From an uncultured Pseudomonadota bacterium (lineage in GTDB: Bacteria > Oederibacteriota > Muellerivitia > Muellerivitales > Muellerivitaceae), in the NCBI GenBank assembly GCA_963836235.1, contig CAWIIP010000002.1, positions 1-64,000 on the forward strand: a stretch of DNA of 64,000 nt. The letters are read 5' to 3'. Position numbers and translations under genes: made by a program. This document shows positions 10,650-19,678 of the stretch, piece by piece (the stretch's first letter is position 1; every line of letters starts with the position of its first letter). Below the pieces are notes generated by a model. It was not told the DNA's origin and made no database searches. It saw nothing but the letters and a program-made list of their open reading frames with translations.

Positions 10650-11681
10650 TTACTGCCCGGGTTGGTAAATCTGGTCAAAAATTCCACCGTCCCCAAAAAA
10701 TTCAGGCTGAACTTTTTTCCAACCGCCGAAAGACTTACCAATGGTTAAAAATTTAATCTTCGGAAATTGCTTGGCGTACTTAGCCGCTACCTTCTTGTCC
10801 CGCGGCCGGTAATAATTGCGGGCCACGACTTCCTGGCCTTCTTTCGTATAGAGATACTTCAAGTAAGCGATGGCCAAATCCGTTGTTCCGTGTCTCTCGG
10901 TGTTTTTGTCCACCCAGGCCACCGGCGGCTCGGCCAGGATGCTAACCGAAGGATTCACGATCTCGAACTGGCCCTTGCCCAGTTCATTGACCGCCAAATA
11001 GGCCTCATTTTCCCAGGCGATCAGGACATCCCCGATTCCCCGCTCCACGAAGGTCGTGGTCGAGCCCCGGGCGCCCGAATCCAAAACCGCCACGTTCTTG
11101 TAGAGCTTGCCCACGAATTCCCGGGCCTTATCCTCGGTGCCGTATTTTTTAAGGGCATAACCCCAGGCCGCCAGGAAATTCCAACGGGCCCCGCCCGAAG
11201 TCTTGGGATTTGGCGTGATCACCGATACGTCCGGCCTCACCAAGTCGTCCCAATCCTTGATGTTCTTGGGGTTTCCCGCCCTCACCAAAAGCACGATGGT
11301 GGAGGTATAGGGGGCGCTATTATCCGGCAACCGGGTCTGCCAATCCGCCGGCAGAAGTTGTGCCTTGGAAGCGATGGCGTCGATATCCCCGCCCAGCCCC
11401 AAGGTGGCCACATCGGCCTCCAGCCCGTCGATGATGGCTCGGGCCTGCTTGCCCGAACCGCCGTTGGAGACATTGACCGTCAAATCCTGTCCCGTCTCTT
11501 TTTTCCAATGTTCCGCGAAGACTTTATCGTAATCCTCGTAAAGCTCCCGGGTAGGGTCATAGGACACGTTCAAAAGCTGTACCGCCCCCCCCGCCTTGGC
11601 CGCCGGGGCATCCTGGGCGTGAACCCAGGAGCCGGCTAAGAGGCCGATCAACAAACTCAGGATAAAATTATTTTTTTTCAT
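10650..11681 (-). CDS. sbp: Periplasmic sulfate-binding protein (Sbp/CysP)
   Basis: Signal peptide; [51 protein letters not shown]. Confidence 0.96.
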   Translation of the reverse strand: MKKNNFILSLLIGLLAGSWVHAQDAPAAKAGGAVQLLNVSYDPTRELYEDYDKVFAEHWKKETGQDLTVNVSNGGSGKQARAIIDGLEADVATLGLGGDIDAIASKAQLLPADWQTRLPDNSAPYTSTIVLLVRAGNPKNIKDWDDLVRPDVSVITPNPKTSGGARWNFLAAWGYALKKYGTEDKAREFVGKLYKNVAVLDSGARGSTTTFVERGIGDVLIAWENEAYLAVNELGKGQFEIVNPSVSILAEPPVAWVDKNTERHGTTDLAIAYLKYLYTKEGQEVVARNYYRPRDKKVAAKYAKQFPKIKFLTIGKSFGGWKKVQPEFFGDGGIFDQIYQPGQ

Positions 11682-11696
11682 GGCATTCTCCTTGGA

Positions 11697-13238
11697 TTAA
11701 AAGTTGGCTTGCGCGCGAACCGTGAAGACATCTTCCGGATGAAGGGTGGTGACCGTTCCCGCCACAACCGGCGTCACCTGAGTTCCTTCGACGAACGTCG
11801 TTTGTTCCCAATCGAAGACCAGCTTGAAGTGCGGGTCAAAAATCCAGTTGAGGCCCGCGCCGAAGGCGGTGGCCTGCTGGGCCGAATTCGTGGCCGCCAA
11901 ATTCTTCGTCCCGGTCGCGTTAAAAGCGTTCGGATCGATGGTCAACTGGTGGGTCCGAACCGCCACTTCCAGGGCGCCCCAATGCCCCTTACGCAAGTCC
12001 AGGGGGGTATCGGCGGTCGCGCCCAAAAAAGAAGCCTTACCACCGATAACCCAGGAAGCCTCCAAAAGGTAGGCCTGGTTGTCCAGGTTCACCGCTGTCG
12101 CGGTGCCGGTTCCCACGTCCTGGGTCGACTTGACATACTCACCCAGGAACCCGAAGGGCCCGTTGTAGTAATAGGCCTGCGGGGACAGATGGTAGAAATT
12201 GCCCTGGGGCCCCACGCCCGAGCGGTAGGCGAAGAACTGCTGTTGTCCCAGCGAGGTGATGAAATAATTGGGTTCGGCGTTGCTGTTCCAATTGACGTTC
12301 CAGGCCAGGCCGCCCGAAATGCCCACTCCCAAACCCTTGAGGAAAGAATCCGTGGTCGTCAAAGGCGTGAGGAAAAGCCGGCCCGTCAATTCCCTTCCGT
12401 CGGTCAGGCTCGAGTCGTCGGTGTTGTTGGGCGTGAAATTGTCCGGCGTGCCGTTGGTCAAGGCGACGGCATAATTGACGCCAGTCAAAGGGGTTCCGTT
12501 CAATTCGGCTCCCAGGTCCCGGTTCGGCGCCAGGTCGGTCGCCAGGGAACGCTCCACGAACAGGTTATCCGTGTCGTTTTGCAGCCTTTCCAGGCCGATG
12601 GGCACCTTGAATTTACCCAACTGGAATTGAAGCGCCGGGTCCGCCTTCACAAAGGCGTAGGCGTCTTGGATGGCATAACCCGTGGACCCGAATTCCGCCT
12701 GATAGCGCAACCCCACCAAATGGTCGAAAATCGCGATCACATCCAACCGAACCTTCCGATCCAGGAAGGTGCTGGTGGACTTGTTGACCGCTGCGCCCGT
12801 GGCGCCTTCTTCCGGGTAAGTCCCGCTTCCGATGGGCAAATAGTCGTCATAACTGGTGGCCGGGGTAAAATAAGTCCGGTAATCCCCCTGAACGACTCCG
12901 CCGAACTTAAGAATTACGTCCCCATCCGGGTCGGACAGGTCCAAATAATTGTGTTCGACCGTGATTAACACGGTTTTCTTTTCCAATAGGTTCAGCCGGT
13001 TGTTGAGCCCTTCCAACCCCGTCACACCCGTCACACCCGTCAAAGCAGGAACATGCGTCGCGTCCCCAACCGTCGCGGCGGCGTCTTTCTCATTGCCGGT
13101 CGAATCCTGGGTAGTGGCGGCTACCGGTGTAGCGTCCGTCCCCTTGTCCGTCTTATCCTGGGCATAGGACCGGCCCACTCCCAAAACCCCCGCTGAAATC
13201 AAAGCTAATACCGCGAATAACCTCTTTCGACTTTTCAT
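11697..13238 (-). CDS. OprO/OprP-family anion-selective porin, probably a sulfate porin
   Basis: Signal peptide, short coiled coil, QDAY, GKFKVPIGLERLQ, FVERSL...LAPNRDLG, WGALEVAVR, GLNW and C-terminal F; directly upstream of sbp. Start chosen at ATG 13238 (RBS AAGGGG); ORF extends to 13265. Confidence 0.85.
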   Translation of the reverse strand: MKSRKRLFAVLALISAGVLGVGRSYAQDKTDKGTDATPVAATTQDSTGNEKDAAATVGDATHVPALTGVTGVTGLEGLNNRLNLLEKKTVLITVEHNYLDLSDPDGDVILKFGGVVQGDYRTYFTPATSYDDYLPIGSGTYPEEGATGAAVNKSTSTFLDRKVRLDVIAIFDHLVGLRYQAEFGSTGYAIQDAYAFVKADPALQFQLGKFKVPIGLERLQNDTDNLFVERSLATDLAPNRDLGAELNGTPLTGVNYAVALTNGTPDNFTPNNTDDSSLTDGRELTGRLFLTPLTTTDSFLKGLGVGISGGLAWNVNWNSNAEPNYFITSLGQQQFFAYRSGVGPQGNFYHLSPQAYYYNGPFGFLGEYVKSTQDVGTGTATAVNLDNQAYLLEASWVIGGKASFLGATADTPLDLRKGHWGALEVAVRTHQLTIDPNAFNATGTKNLAATNSAQQATAFGAGLNWIFDPHFKLVFDWEQTTFVEGTQVTPVVAGTVTTLHPEDVFTVRAQANF

Positions 13239-13355
13239 GACTAACCCCTTTTTATTTTTTCCCATTTTGTATCGCGGCGGGTACCGCTCGGGGTCTTCGA
13301 AAACTTCCCTGACCCCGCTTGAATCAGCGGGTCGGGATACGAACTATCTCGAAGA

Positions 13356-13424
13356 CCGCTTTAGCGCCCTGTTTGGTCTCTTGCGAAACACCGGTCGGGG
13401 CAAGTTGGCATTAAATCCCACCGT
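13356..13424 (-). ncRNA. SAM-II-like riboswitch aptamer (copy 3), upstream of the porin
   Basis: RNA: CGGUGG-GAUUUAA-UG-CCAAC-UUGC-CCCGACCG-[hairpin]-GGGC-GCUAAAGCGG; it has the SAM-II core UUU loop, UUGC and GCUAAA with CC/GG spacing as in the canonical SAM-II aptamer. Followed by a hairpin at 13307-13336 whose 5' arm contains CCGCU. Confidence 0.72.
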
Positions 13425-13471
13425 AAAACTCTTAAACTTCGAACCTTTTAATCACCTCCTTAAAACAAATT

Positions 13472-13578
13472 TTGAACCACGAAAGCACAAAGGGCACCAA
13501 GAACGGCTTTAATCTCTTTTTGTTTAACCAAAAACTCATTTCGACTTTCTTTGTGCCCTTCGTGTCTTCGTGGTTCAA
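13472..13578. repeat. 32-bp inverted repeat element (REP/MITE-like)
   Basis: Left arm ttgaaccacgaaagcacaaagggcaccaagaa (13472-13503) versus reverse complement of the right arm (13547-13578) ttgaaccacgaagacacgaagggcacaaagaa: 28/32 identical, 43-bp AT-rich spacer, 9-nt internal periodicity. Confidence 0.75.
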
Positions 13579-13591
13579 CAGCCCTTCGCCC

Positions 13592-14233
13592 TTACTTCTT
13601 GTTCGGCTGGGGCGTTAGCCTCAGGTAAGGCTTCACCACCCGGTAACCCTTCGGGAAACGCTCTTTCAGTTCCTTCTCATCTTGCAAGGACGGAACGATC
13701 ACCACATCTTCTCCGTCTTTCCAATTCACCGGGGTGGCCACCTTGTAGTTGTCGGTCAACTGCAAGGAATCGATCACCCGCAAAATCTCGTTGAAATTGC
13801 GGCCCGTGCTGGCCGGGTAAGTGATGGTAGCGCGGACTTTTTTGTCCCCGTCGATGATGAAAACCGACCGCACCGTCAAATTCGCCAGCGAGTTCGGGTG
13901 GATCATGTCGTAAAGCGTCGCGACTTCCCGGTCTTTATCAGCCAAAATGGGAAAATTGACCTTGGTGTTCTGGGTTTCGTTGATATCCGGAATCCACTTG
14001 GTGTGGGATTCGTTGGTATCAACGGATAGTGCCAATACTTTCACGCCCCTCTTCTCGAATTCCGATTTCAGGTTGGCGGTCGCCCCTAATTCGGTGGTGC
14101 AAACGGGCGTAAAATCAGCCGGATGGGAAAACAGCACTACCCAGGACTTACCGGCCCATTCGTAAAAATGAATCTTCCCTTCGCTGGAATCCTGCGTGAA
14201 ATCCGGCGCTAAATCTCCTAGTCTTAAAGCCAT
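13592..14233 (-). CDS. 1-Cys peroxiredoxin (Prx6/LsfA-like)
   Basis: FSHPADFTPVCTTELG, YPASTGRNFNEILRVIDSLQLT, VATPVNWK; RBS AGGAGG. Confidence 0.95.
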   Translation of the reverse strand: MALRLGDLAPDFTQDSSEGKIHFYEWAGKSWVVLFSHPADFTPVCTTELGATANLKSEFEKRGVKVLALSVDTNESHTKWIPDINETQNTKVNFPILADKDREVATLYDMIHPNSLANLTVRSVFIIDGDKKVRATITYPASTGRNFNEILRVIDSLQLTDNYKVATPVNWKDGEDVVIVPSLQDEKELKERFPKGYRVVKPYLRLTPQPNKK

Positions 14234-14266
14234 GACATTCCTCCTAAATTTAATTTTGGCGGTCCG

Positions 14267-14309
14267 AAAAACAAAAAACCCGAGACCGCTTTTCGGGCGG
14301 CTCGGGTTT
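14267..14309 (-). terminator. Intrinsic terminator (expression platform of riboswitch copy 2)
   Basis: RNA AAACCCGAGCCGCCCGAAAAGCGGUCUCGGGUUUUUUGUUUUU: GC stem plus U tract. Confidence 0.85.
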
Positions 14310-14327
14310 CCGGATGGAAATCAGGTG

Positions 14328-14456
14328 CCGCTTTAGCCCCCAGTTCTTCCTTCCCCGATGACGGGAAAAAAACGGTCGGGGCAAGTTGGTCAATCCCCTC
14401 TCGGGGATCGCCGAAAGCGCCTTGTTCAGGTCTTTCGCCAATTAAAGCCACACCGC
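14328..14456 (-). ncRNA. SAM-II-like riboswitch aptamer (copy 2, long inserted loops)
   Basis: RNA: GCGGUGUG-GCUUUAA-[~55-nt two-hairpin insert]-CCAAC-UUGC-CCCGACCGU-[hairpin]-GGGG-GCUAAAGCGG. Confidence 0.72.
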
Positions 14457-14496
14457 GTTACTGTAAAAAAACCTATAAATTATGGGTTTTTTGCCC

Positions 14497-14538
14497 AAAA
14501 ACAAAAAACCCGGTCCGCTTTTGGAGCGGATCGGGTTT
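14497..14538 (-). terminator. Intrinsic terminator (expression platform of riboswitch copy 1)
   Basis: RNA AAACCCGAUCCGCUCCAAAAGCGGACCGGGUUUUUUGUUUUU. Confidence 0.85.
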
Positions 14539-14560
14539 GGAGAAGTCTCTCAACCTTTCA

Positions 14561-14653
14561 CCGCTTTAGCTCACTGTTCATGCAGAATCCCAGAAACGAC
14601 TTCCGAGTTTGCTGCAAACGCCGGAGCAAGTTGGAAACTTAAAGCCCGCGTTT
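14561..14653 (-). ncRNA. SAM-II-like riboswitch aptamer (copy 1)
   Basis: RNA: AAACGCGG-GCUUUAA-GUUU-CCAAC-UUGC-UCCGGCGUUU-[hairpin]-GUGA-GCUAAAGCGG; P1 AAACGC/GCGUUU differs in sequence from the other copies but still pairs. Confidence 0.75.
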
Positions 14654-14662
14654 AATGTTCGA

Positions 14663-14691
14663 AGGTTATCCATGTCCGAAAAAAATGTCAA
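14663..14691 (-). promoter_or_regulatory. Sigma70-type promoter of the sulfate operon
   Basis: TTGACA-N17-TAACCT on the minus strand, ending about 10 nt before riboswitch copy 1. Confidence 0.7.
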
Positions 14692-14729
14692 GTCCGATTT
14701 GGAAATATTAATCTTATTAAAAAATCCGT

Positions 14730-16115
14730 TTATTTCCTTTTCCGTTTTCCCTGTCTGTTTAACCGGCTTGAACTCTTTGAATGTGTGGTCTGCTTCCGGG
14801 CAGCCCGGACCGCTTGGGCGGCTTGTGTCCTGCCCAGGTCGGGGGCGGTGTATTGGGTAAGGGTGCGCTTTTGGAGGTCCACCGTCACCGAATCGTCCGG
14901 GGTCTTGGCGGCTCCCCCGTCGCTGGCGGGATGGTACTCGATGCGCAATTGGCTGTCCGTCACGATGACCCGCAGATAGCCGTAATCGCCGTCGTCGTAA
15001 TTCTCGAAAACTACCTGGTCGCTCGAGCCGGAGGCGGTTTGGATGATTTGCGGGGTGCGGAGGGGGTTTCCCGCCTTGGACAGGCGCTGAAGGCCGTGCC
15101 CGCCGTTACCGCAGACGATATAGGGAATTTGAGTGTTATTGGACCGGGTGCGGGTGAAGCGCTGGTAATTATGGGCGTGGCCGGCCAAGAAGGCGTGGGG
15201 CCAGAAGCCCACCTTGTTGCAGATGGCGTCGATCTGTGAGGTCATGAGGGTGCTCCATCCGTGTTTGGAAATGGTGTAAGCCGGATGGTGGGAAGCAATC
15301 AAGAGCGCCCCCTGGTACTTTTCGCTCTTCGCCCGGCTGAACGCGGCGGTCAGGAAATCCAACTGAGAAGTTCCCAGGTCGCTATAGGGCCCGCCGTCCG
15401 CGATGACGCCTGGGTCCTCCAGGGTGTTGCTATAAAGCGCCAGGATGCGGACGAAAGGGGCGTCGAAGGTAAAGAAAACCCCGGGCTGGATTTGAGCCGT
15501 GCGGGAAAGGCCACCCGCCTCGGGCGTAATGGCGAAGTTCTCGGAACAGAAATTTCTCAAGAAAGCGTCCAGGGTGTCCGCCCCGGTCTGGGGGGCTACC
15601 ATGCCATCGTGGTTCCCCGCCGCCGCGAGAATGGGGGCCGGATATTCCCGGTAGGGTTCGTAAAATTGGTCGTAATAATATTGGGCTTCCCCGAAGCTAT
15701 AGACCACGTCCCCCAGCAGGAAATTAAATTGCGGCACTTGCGCGGGATCAGTTTCTTGGAAATCCGCCACCATCTTGTCCGCGACCTCGCTTTCGGTCTT
15801 CGGCCCCAGCGTGCTTCCGCAATCGCCCGTGGCATGGAACACAATTTGGTCTTGGGCGGTGATCTTGTTGATCATCGCGATGTTGCCGCCCAGCACGTCC
15901 GCCAGAGTGAGGGCGGGTTCGTCGGGGCTGTCGGCGCTGGTCCGTGGAGCGGGAAAGGGCAGGGGGTTGATCTTGTGTTCGGCGTTCAACTGATCAATGG
16001 TCTTATAGGCCGCCGCGTCGGACGCGTGTTTGACCCGAAAGGTCGTCGGGTCCTCGGTGGGTTCGGGCTGGGCGAATACCGGCTGGTCGAGCTGTCGGCT
16101 GTCTTGGTTCCCCAT
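14730..16115 (-). CDS. Calcineurin-like metallophosphoesterase (purple acid phosphatase-like)
   Basis: GDCG, LGDVVY, GNHDG, SHHP, GHAHNYQR motifs; RBS GAGGAGGA before ATG 16115. Confidence 0.88.
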   Translation of the reverse strand: MGNQDSRQLDQPVFAQPEPTEDPTTFRVKHASDAAAYKTIDQLNAEHKINPLPFPAPRTSADSPDEPALTLADVLGGNIAMINKITAQDQIVFHATGDCGSTLGPKTESEVADKMVADFQETDPAQVPQFNFLLGDVVYSFGEAQYYYDQFYEPYREYPAPILAAAGNHDGMVAPQTGADTLDAFLRNFCSENFAITPEAGGLSRTAQIQPGVFFTFDAPFVRILALYSNTLEDPGVIADGGPYSDLGTSQLDFLTAAFSRAKSEKYQGALLIASHHPAYTISKHGWSTLMTSQIDAICNKVGFWPHAFLAGHAHNYQRFTRTRSNNTQIPYIVCGNGGHGLQRLSKAGNPLRTPQIIQTASGSSDQVVFENYDDGDYGYLRVIVTDSQLRIEYHPASDGGAAKTPDDSVTVDLQKRTLTQYTAPDLGRTQAAQAVRAARKQTTHSKSSSRLNRQGKRKRK

Positions 16116-16261
16116 GGTCTTCCTCCTCGATATTCCTGAAATGAGGATTCGGCCCCGAAATGAGGCCTGAGCCAAATCTTGGGGATAACATGCTTCTGCA
16201 CATTAAATAGGGCAAGTTAATTTCTTGTCACTTTTATGGGATTAAAGATCAATACCTGCCC

Positions 16262-17080
16262 TTAGCGATTGGCCACGGCCACCAGGGCCCTGGCGGGCGC
16301 GTAGATCGCCTGGCCTTTGGTCCATGGGGCCAAATTCTCGGACAGCTTTTTTTCAAACCGGGCCCGTTCTTCGGCGTTCATGGCCCGAACGGCGGACCCT
16401 CCGACGGTACCCACCACTATTTCCATCGCCTGGGGCAAACCCCGCTCCAGCGACACCGTCAGGGTTTCCTCGGAAACGACGGACTTGGTGAACTCCGCGC
16501 CGGCCAGTAAACCCATCAAACGGGAACTATCTAGCCATCCCAAAGCCGCCCTTTGAGGAGATTGGGTCAAGGTCAACTCGAGTGCGTTTCCATAGGCCCT
16601 GAACAAGGTCATGGCCCTTTCGTCGCTCCACAAGGACAAAGCCACACGACCGCCGGGTTTGAGGACCCTTCTCATCTCCTTCAGGGCACCCTGTTGGTCC
16701 GAAAAAAATTGGATTCCTTGCTGGCAGAGTACCGCGTCGAACTGGGCTTCGGGAAAAGGCAGAGCCTCGGCTGGCGCTTCCAGGAAAGTTATCCCGGCGC
16801 CATTTTCGACGGGTGGCGCAGCTTTCGCCTGGGCCAACATCTGGGAACTGCAGTCCACTCCCATGACCCGGCTTTCGGGCCCGAGAGTTTCGGCCACTAA
16901 CCGCGCCAAGGTGCCCGGGCCCGTCGCCACGTCCAGCACATGGTCACCCGGCTTGAGGCCAGCTTTGCCGATAAGCAAGCGTCCCCAAGGGTCGAAGATC
17001 AAGGGAAGCAGGAGTTCCCGGTAAGCCTTGGCGGTGATGTCGTCATTAAACCTAGGTTGAATTATTTCGTTCTTGCCCAA
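16262..17080 (-). CDS. Class I SAM-dependent methyltransferase (UbiE-like)
   Basis: VLDVATGPG, AEALPFPEAQFDAV, EMRRVLKPGG. Confidence 0.9.
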   Translation of the reverse strand: MGKNEIIQPRFNDDITAKAYRELLLPLIFDPWGRLLIGKAGLKPGDHVLDVATGPGTLARLVAETLGPESRVMGVDCSSQMLAQAKAAPPVENGAGITFLEAPAEALPFPEAQFDAVLCQQGIQFFSDQQGALKEMRRVLKPGGRVALSLWSDERAMTLFRAYGNALELTLTQSPQRAALGWLDSSRLMGLLAGAEFTKSVVSEETLTVSLERGLPQAMEIVVGTVGGSAVRAMNAEERARFEKKLSENLAPWTKGQAIYAPARALVAVANR

Positions 17081-17081
17081 T

Positions 17082-17489
17082 TTAATGGTTCACCATGAGA
17101 TAAACGGCCATGACGAGTCCGATGAGGCCCAGGCCCAAGGCCACCACAATACCCAGGTAGGAGGGCTTCAGCTGTGGCGTTTCCCCCCGCTGGAAGATAG
17201 AGATGAACTGAGCATAATCGATAACCACCAGGACTTGGACCAGGACCCCCAATAAAACCAGAAGGGTCCCAAACCACATGGACCAGCCGGTATGGACGGG
17301 AGCCGGAGCGTCCGCCCGGGCTTGGACCATGCGAAGAAACAGGCTGAAGCGGGCCACAACAAAACCCAAACCCATCAGGGCCAAGCCAGTCCTGATCCAG
17401 GCGAGGAATGTGCGTTCCTTCGCCCAAAAAATCCGGGGATCGGGCGGGTTTGATAGCTTTTTTCGATCAAAGGGATTCATATCCGACAT
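17082..17489 (-). CDS. YidH/DUF202 inner membrane protein
   Basis: DPRIFWAKERTFLAWIRTGLALMGLGFVVARF; three TM segments. Confidence 0.88.
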   Translation of the reverse strand: MSDMNPFDRKKLSNPPDPRIFWAKERTFLAWIRTGLALMGLGFVVARFSLFLRMVQARADAPAPVHTGWSMWFGTLLVLLGVLVQVLVVIDYAQFISIFQRGETPQLKPSYLGIVVALGLGLIGLVMAVYLMVNH

Positions 17490-17543
17490 ATTGACCGAAT
17501 CTTTTCCAAAAGGCCACCCCACCCACAAAAAGGGAGTAAGCCA

Positions 17544-19202
17544 TTACTCATGTGGGAAAATCGCAAGGTACGAAAGATAACCCCCGGGAAGATTGCGGGC
17601 CTTGAAGCCCTTCTGCGAAAGCACTCGATTGGCGTAATAGGACCTCTGCCCTACCCGGCAATAGACCCAGATTTCCTTGTCTTTGGGAAGTTCGGTAAGC
17701 CGCCCCCGCAATTCATTAAGGGGCAAGTTAATGGCTCCAGGGATGTGGCCCGATTGGTATTCTGCCGGATCGCGGACGTCCAAAATAACTTTATTTGGGT
17801 CTTTCGTCAAGTCAGTCCATTCGGCCAGTTCCAGGTCGCCCCGCATGATGTTTGAGGCGATCATTCCGGCCACGTTCACGGGATCTTTGGCGGCCCCGAA
17901 TTGGGGAGCGTAACAAAGCTCGGCCTCTTCCAAATCGAATACTGTCCCACCCATTTGAAGCGCCATGGCCACCACGTCCACTCGTTTTTCCACGCCTTCC
18001 TCCCCCACCGCTTGGAACCCCAGCACCTTCCCGTTTCGACGGTCAAAGAGGAGCTTGATGAAAATGGGCTTGGCGTTAGGGTAATAGGCCACATGATGCC
18101 CCGGATGAAGGTAGACCTTGGCATAGTCCCGGTAACCCGCCGCCTTAAGGTATTTTTCACTCTCGCCCGTCACCGCCGCGGTCAGGCCGAATAGGCCACA
18201 GACCGCCGTGCCCTGTACGCCCCGGAAAGGGCGGGGCTTACCCGCGATCACGTCCGCAGCAATGCGGCCCTGCCGGTTGGCGGGACCCGCCAAGGGAATC
18301 AACATCGTGCGGCCCAGGGGAACGGTTTTTATTTCCACCGCGTCCCCTACGGCGAAGATGGCGGAGTCATTCGTGCGCATCTCCTCATCCACATGGATGC
18401 CGCCCGTGGTCCCCAGTTCCAAACCGGCGGCTTTGGCCAAGGCAGTTTCGGGCCTAACCCCGATGGCTAAAATGACGACGCCCACTGTAATGGCCTGCCC
18501 CGATTTGGTTTTGACCGTGATGCCGTCCGCACTGGCCTCAAAGGAAGCGGCTCCGTCGTTCAAGCGCAGGTCCAGGCCCTGGGAGCGCAAGTACACATGG
18601 ATGGGTTCGGCCATTTCGGGGTCCAGGGGAGGCATGACTTGCGGGCTCATTTCGAGAATAGTCACTGAGAGGCCTTTATGGACGAGGTTCTCGGCCATCT
18701 CTAGCCCTACGAAACCACCGCCCACCACCAGGGCGCTGGCGACTTTCTTCTCCTTGATCCATTCGCGGATGCGGCGGGAATCGGGAATGCTTCGAAGTGT
18801 AAATACCCCGGGCAGGTCGATGCCCGGAAGCGGGGGTTTGATAGGATTTGCCCCCGGCGATAGGACCAGAGTGTCATAGGATTCGATATAAGTCCGTCCT
18901 GTGGGTAGGTCTTTCAGGGAAAGTTCTTTCTTGGCCCGGTCGATGGAAAGCACTTCGGCTTCCACCTTCACTTGGATATTGAAGCGCTCTTGGAAAAGGG
19001 CCGGAGTGGCGACTAGTAGTTTCGTTTCGTCCGTGATCACTTCTCCTACGTAATAGGGCAGGCCGCAATTGGCAAAGGAAACATATTTCCCCCGGTCGAT
19101 GAGGAGGATTTCCAAATCCTCCCGCTGGCGACGCAACCGGGCCGCGCAGGAAGCCCCTCCCGCCACACCCCCGACAATCACGACTTTTTTCAGGTTATTC
19201 AT
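17544..19202 (-). CDS. CoA-disulfide reductase-rhodanese fusion (CoA-persulfide/polysulfide reductase)
   Basis: GGVAGGAS, SFANCGLPYY, YAPQFGAAKDPVN, C-terminal rhodanese LDVR...YCRVGQRSY. Confidence 0.92.
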   Translation of the reverse strand: MNNLKKVVIVGGVAGGASCAARLRRQREDLEILLIDRGKYVSFANCGLPYYVGEVITDETKLLVATPALFQERFNIQVKVEAEVLSIDRAKKELSLKDLPTGRTYIESYDTLVLSPGANPIKPPLPGIDLPGVFTLRSIPDSRRIREWIKEKKVASALVVGGGFVGLEMAENLVHKGLSVTILEMSPQVMPPLDPEMAEPIHVYLRSQGLDLRLNDGAASFEASADGITVKTKSGQAITVGVVILAIGVRPETALAKAAGLELGTTGGIHVDEEMRTNDSAIFAVGDAVEIKTVPLGRTMLIPLAGPANRQGRIAADVIAGKPRPFRGVQGTAVCGLFGLTAAVTGESEKYLKAAGYRDYAKVYLHPGHHVAYYPNAKPIFIKLLFDRRNGKVLGFQAVGEEGVEKRVDVVAMALQMGGTVFDLEEAELCYAPQFGAAKDPVNVAGMIASNIMRGDLELAEWTDLTKDPNKVILDVRDPAEYQSGHIPGAINLPLNELRGRLTELPKDKEIWVYCRVGQRSYYANRVLSQKGFKARNLPGGYLSYLAIFPHE

Positions 19203-19217
19203 GACGCCCGCGCTTTC

Positions 19218-19592
19218 TCATTTTTTATTTTTTTCCACTGGCAGGCCGTTGTGGAGCCAGCCCATCATTCCTCCTTGGATATGGGACACGTCCGTAAAAC
19301 CCTTACTCTTCAACAACCTCAAAGCCATGCCGCTACGGTGGCCGCTTCGGCAATAAACGATTATGGGTTTGGTTTTATCCAGCTTTCCCAGTTGGTTTTC
19401 CAAATCATGCAGGGGGATCAAACGGGATTTGTCTATAAAACCGCTCTGCCTTTCCCCCTCGGTCCGAACATCAATGAGCTGGGGGGCTTTGGCCCCTTGC
19501 ATCCTTTGATAGGCTTCCCGTGGGGTGATTTGGCTGGAGACAGTTTCCCCGGGGCTGAATAAATGCTTCACGAAAGACATCAGGCTTCCCAT
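19218..19592 (-). CDS. Single-domain rhodanese sulfurtransferase
   Basis: LIDVRT..E, VYCRSGHRS, GGMMGW; RBS AAGGAG. Confidence 0.92.
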   Translation of the reverse strand: MGSLMSFVKHLFSPGETVSSQITPREAYQRMQGAKAPQLIDVRTEGERQSGFIDKSRLIPLHDLENQLGKLDKTKPIIVYCRSGHRSGMALRLLKSKGFTDVSHIQGGMMGWLHNGLPVEKNKK

Positions 19593-19678
19593 AAGAACTC
19601 CTTTTATGATTTCAATGTTAACCCCCACGCTTGGCGAACCCTATGACAGGCGTCATCCCAGTTGGTTCGGCTTTTATT

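Noticed and set aside
10767-12968. Long + strand ORFs (290 and 419 aa) opposite sbp and the porin
   Set aside because: Antisense shadows of GC3-rich genes with no recognisable motifs; the same applies to 15261..16139, 30898..31671, 58702..59688 and 60222..61184.
13018-13043. 9-bp tandem repeat (cccgtcaca) in the porin gene
   Set aside because: In-frame TGV repeat in a flexible N-terminal linker; too short to indicate a repeat system.
14224-14642. Small ORFs 14250..14441, 14224..14451 and 14358..14642 as leader peptides
   Set aside because: They overlap the riboswitch aptamers and terminators, have no convincing RBS and have no Met/Cys-rich attenuator signature; the conservation is explained at RNA level.
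13356-14653. The three repeated motifs as a CRISPR-like array or T-box elements
   Set aside because: Spacing is irregular, repeats are bipartite with variable inserts, there are no cas genes, and no T-box consensus or specifier stem is present.
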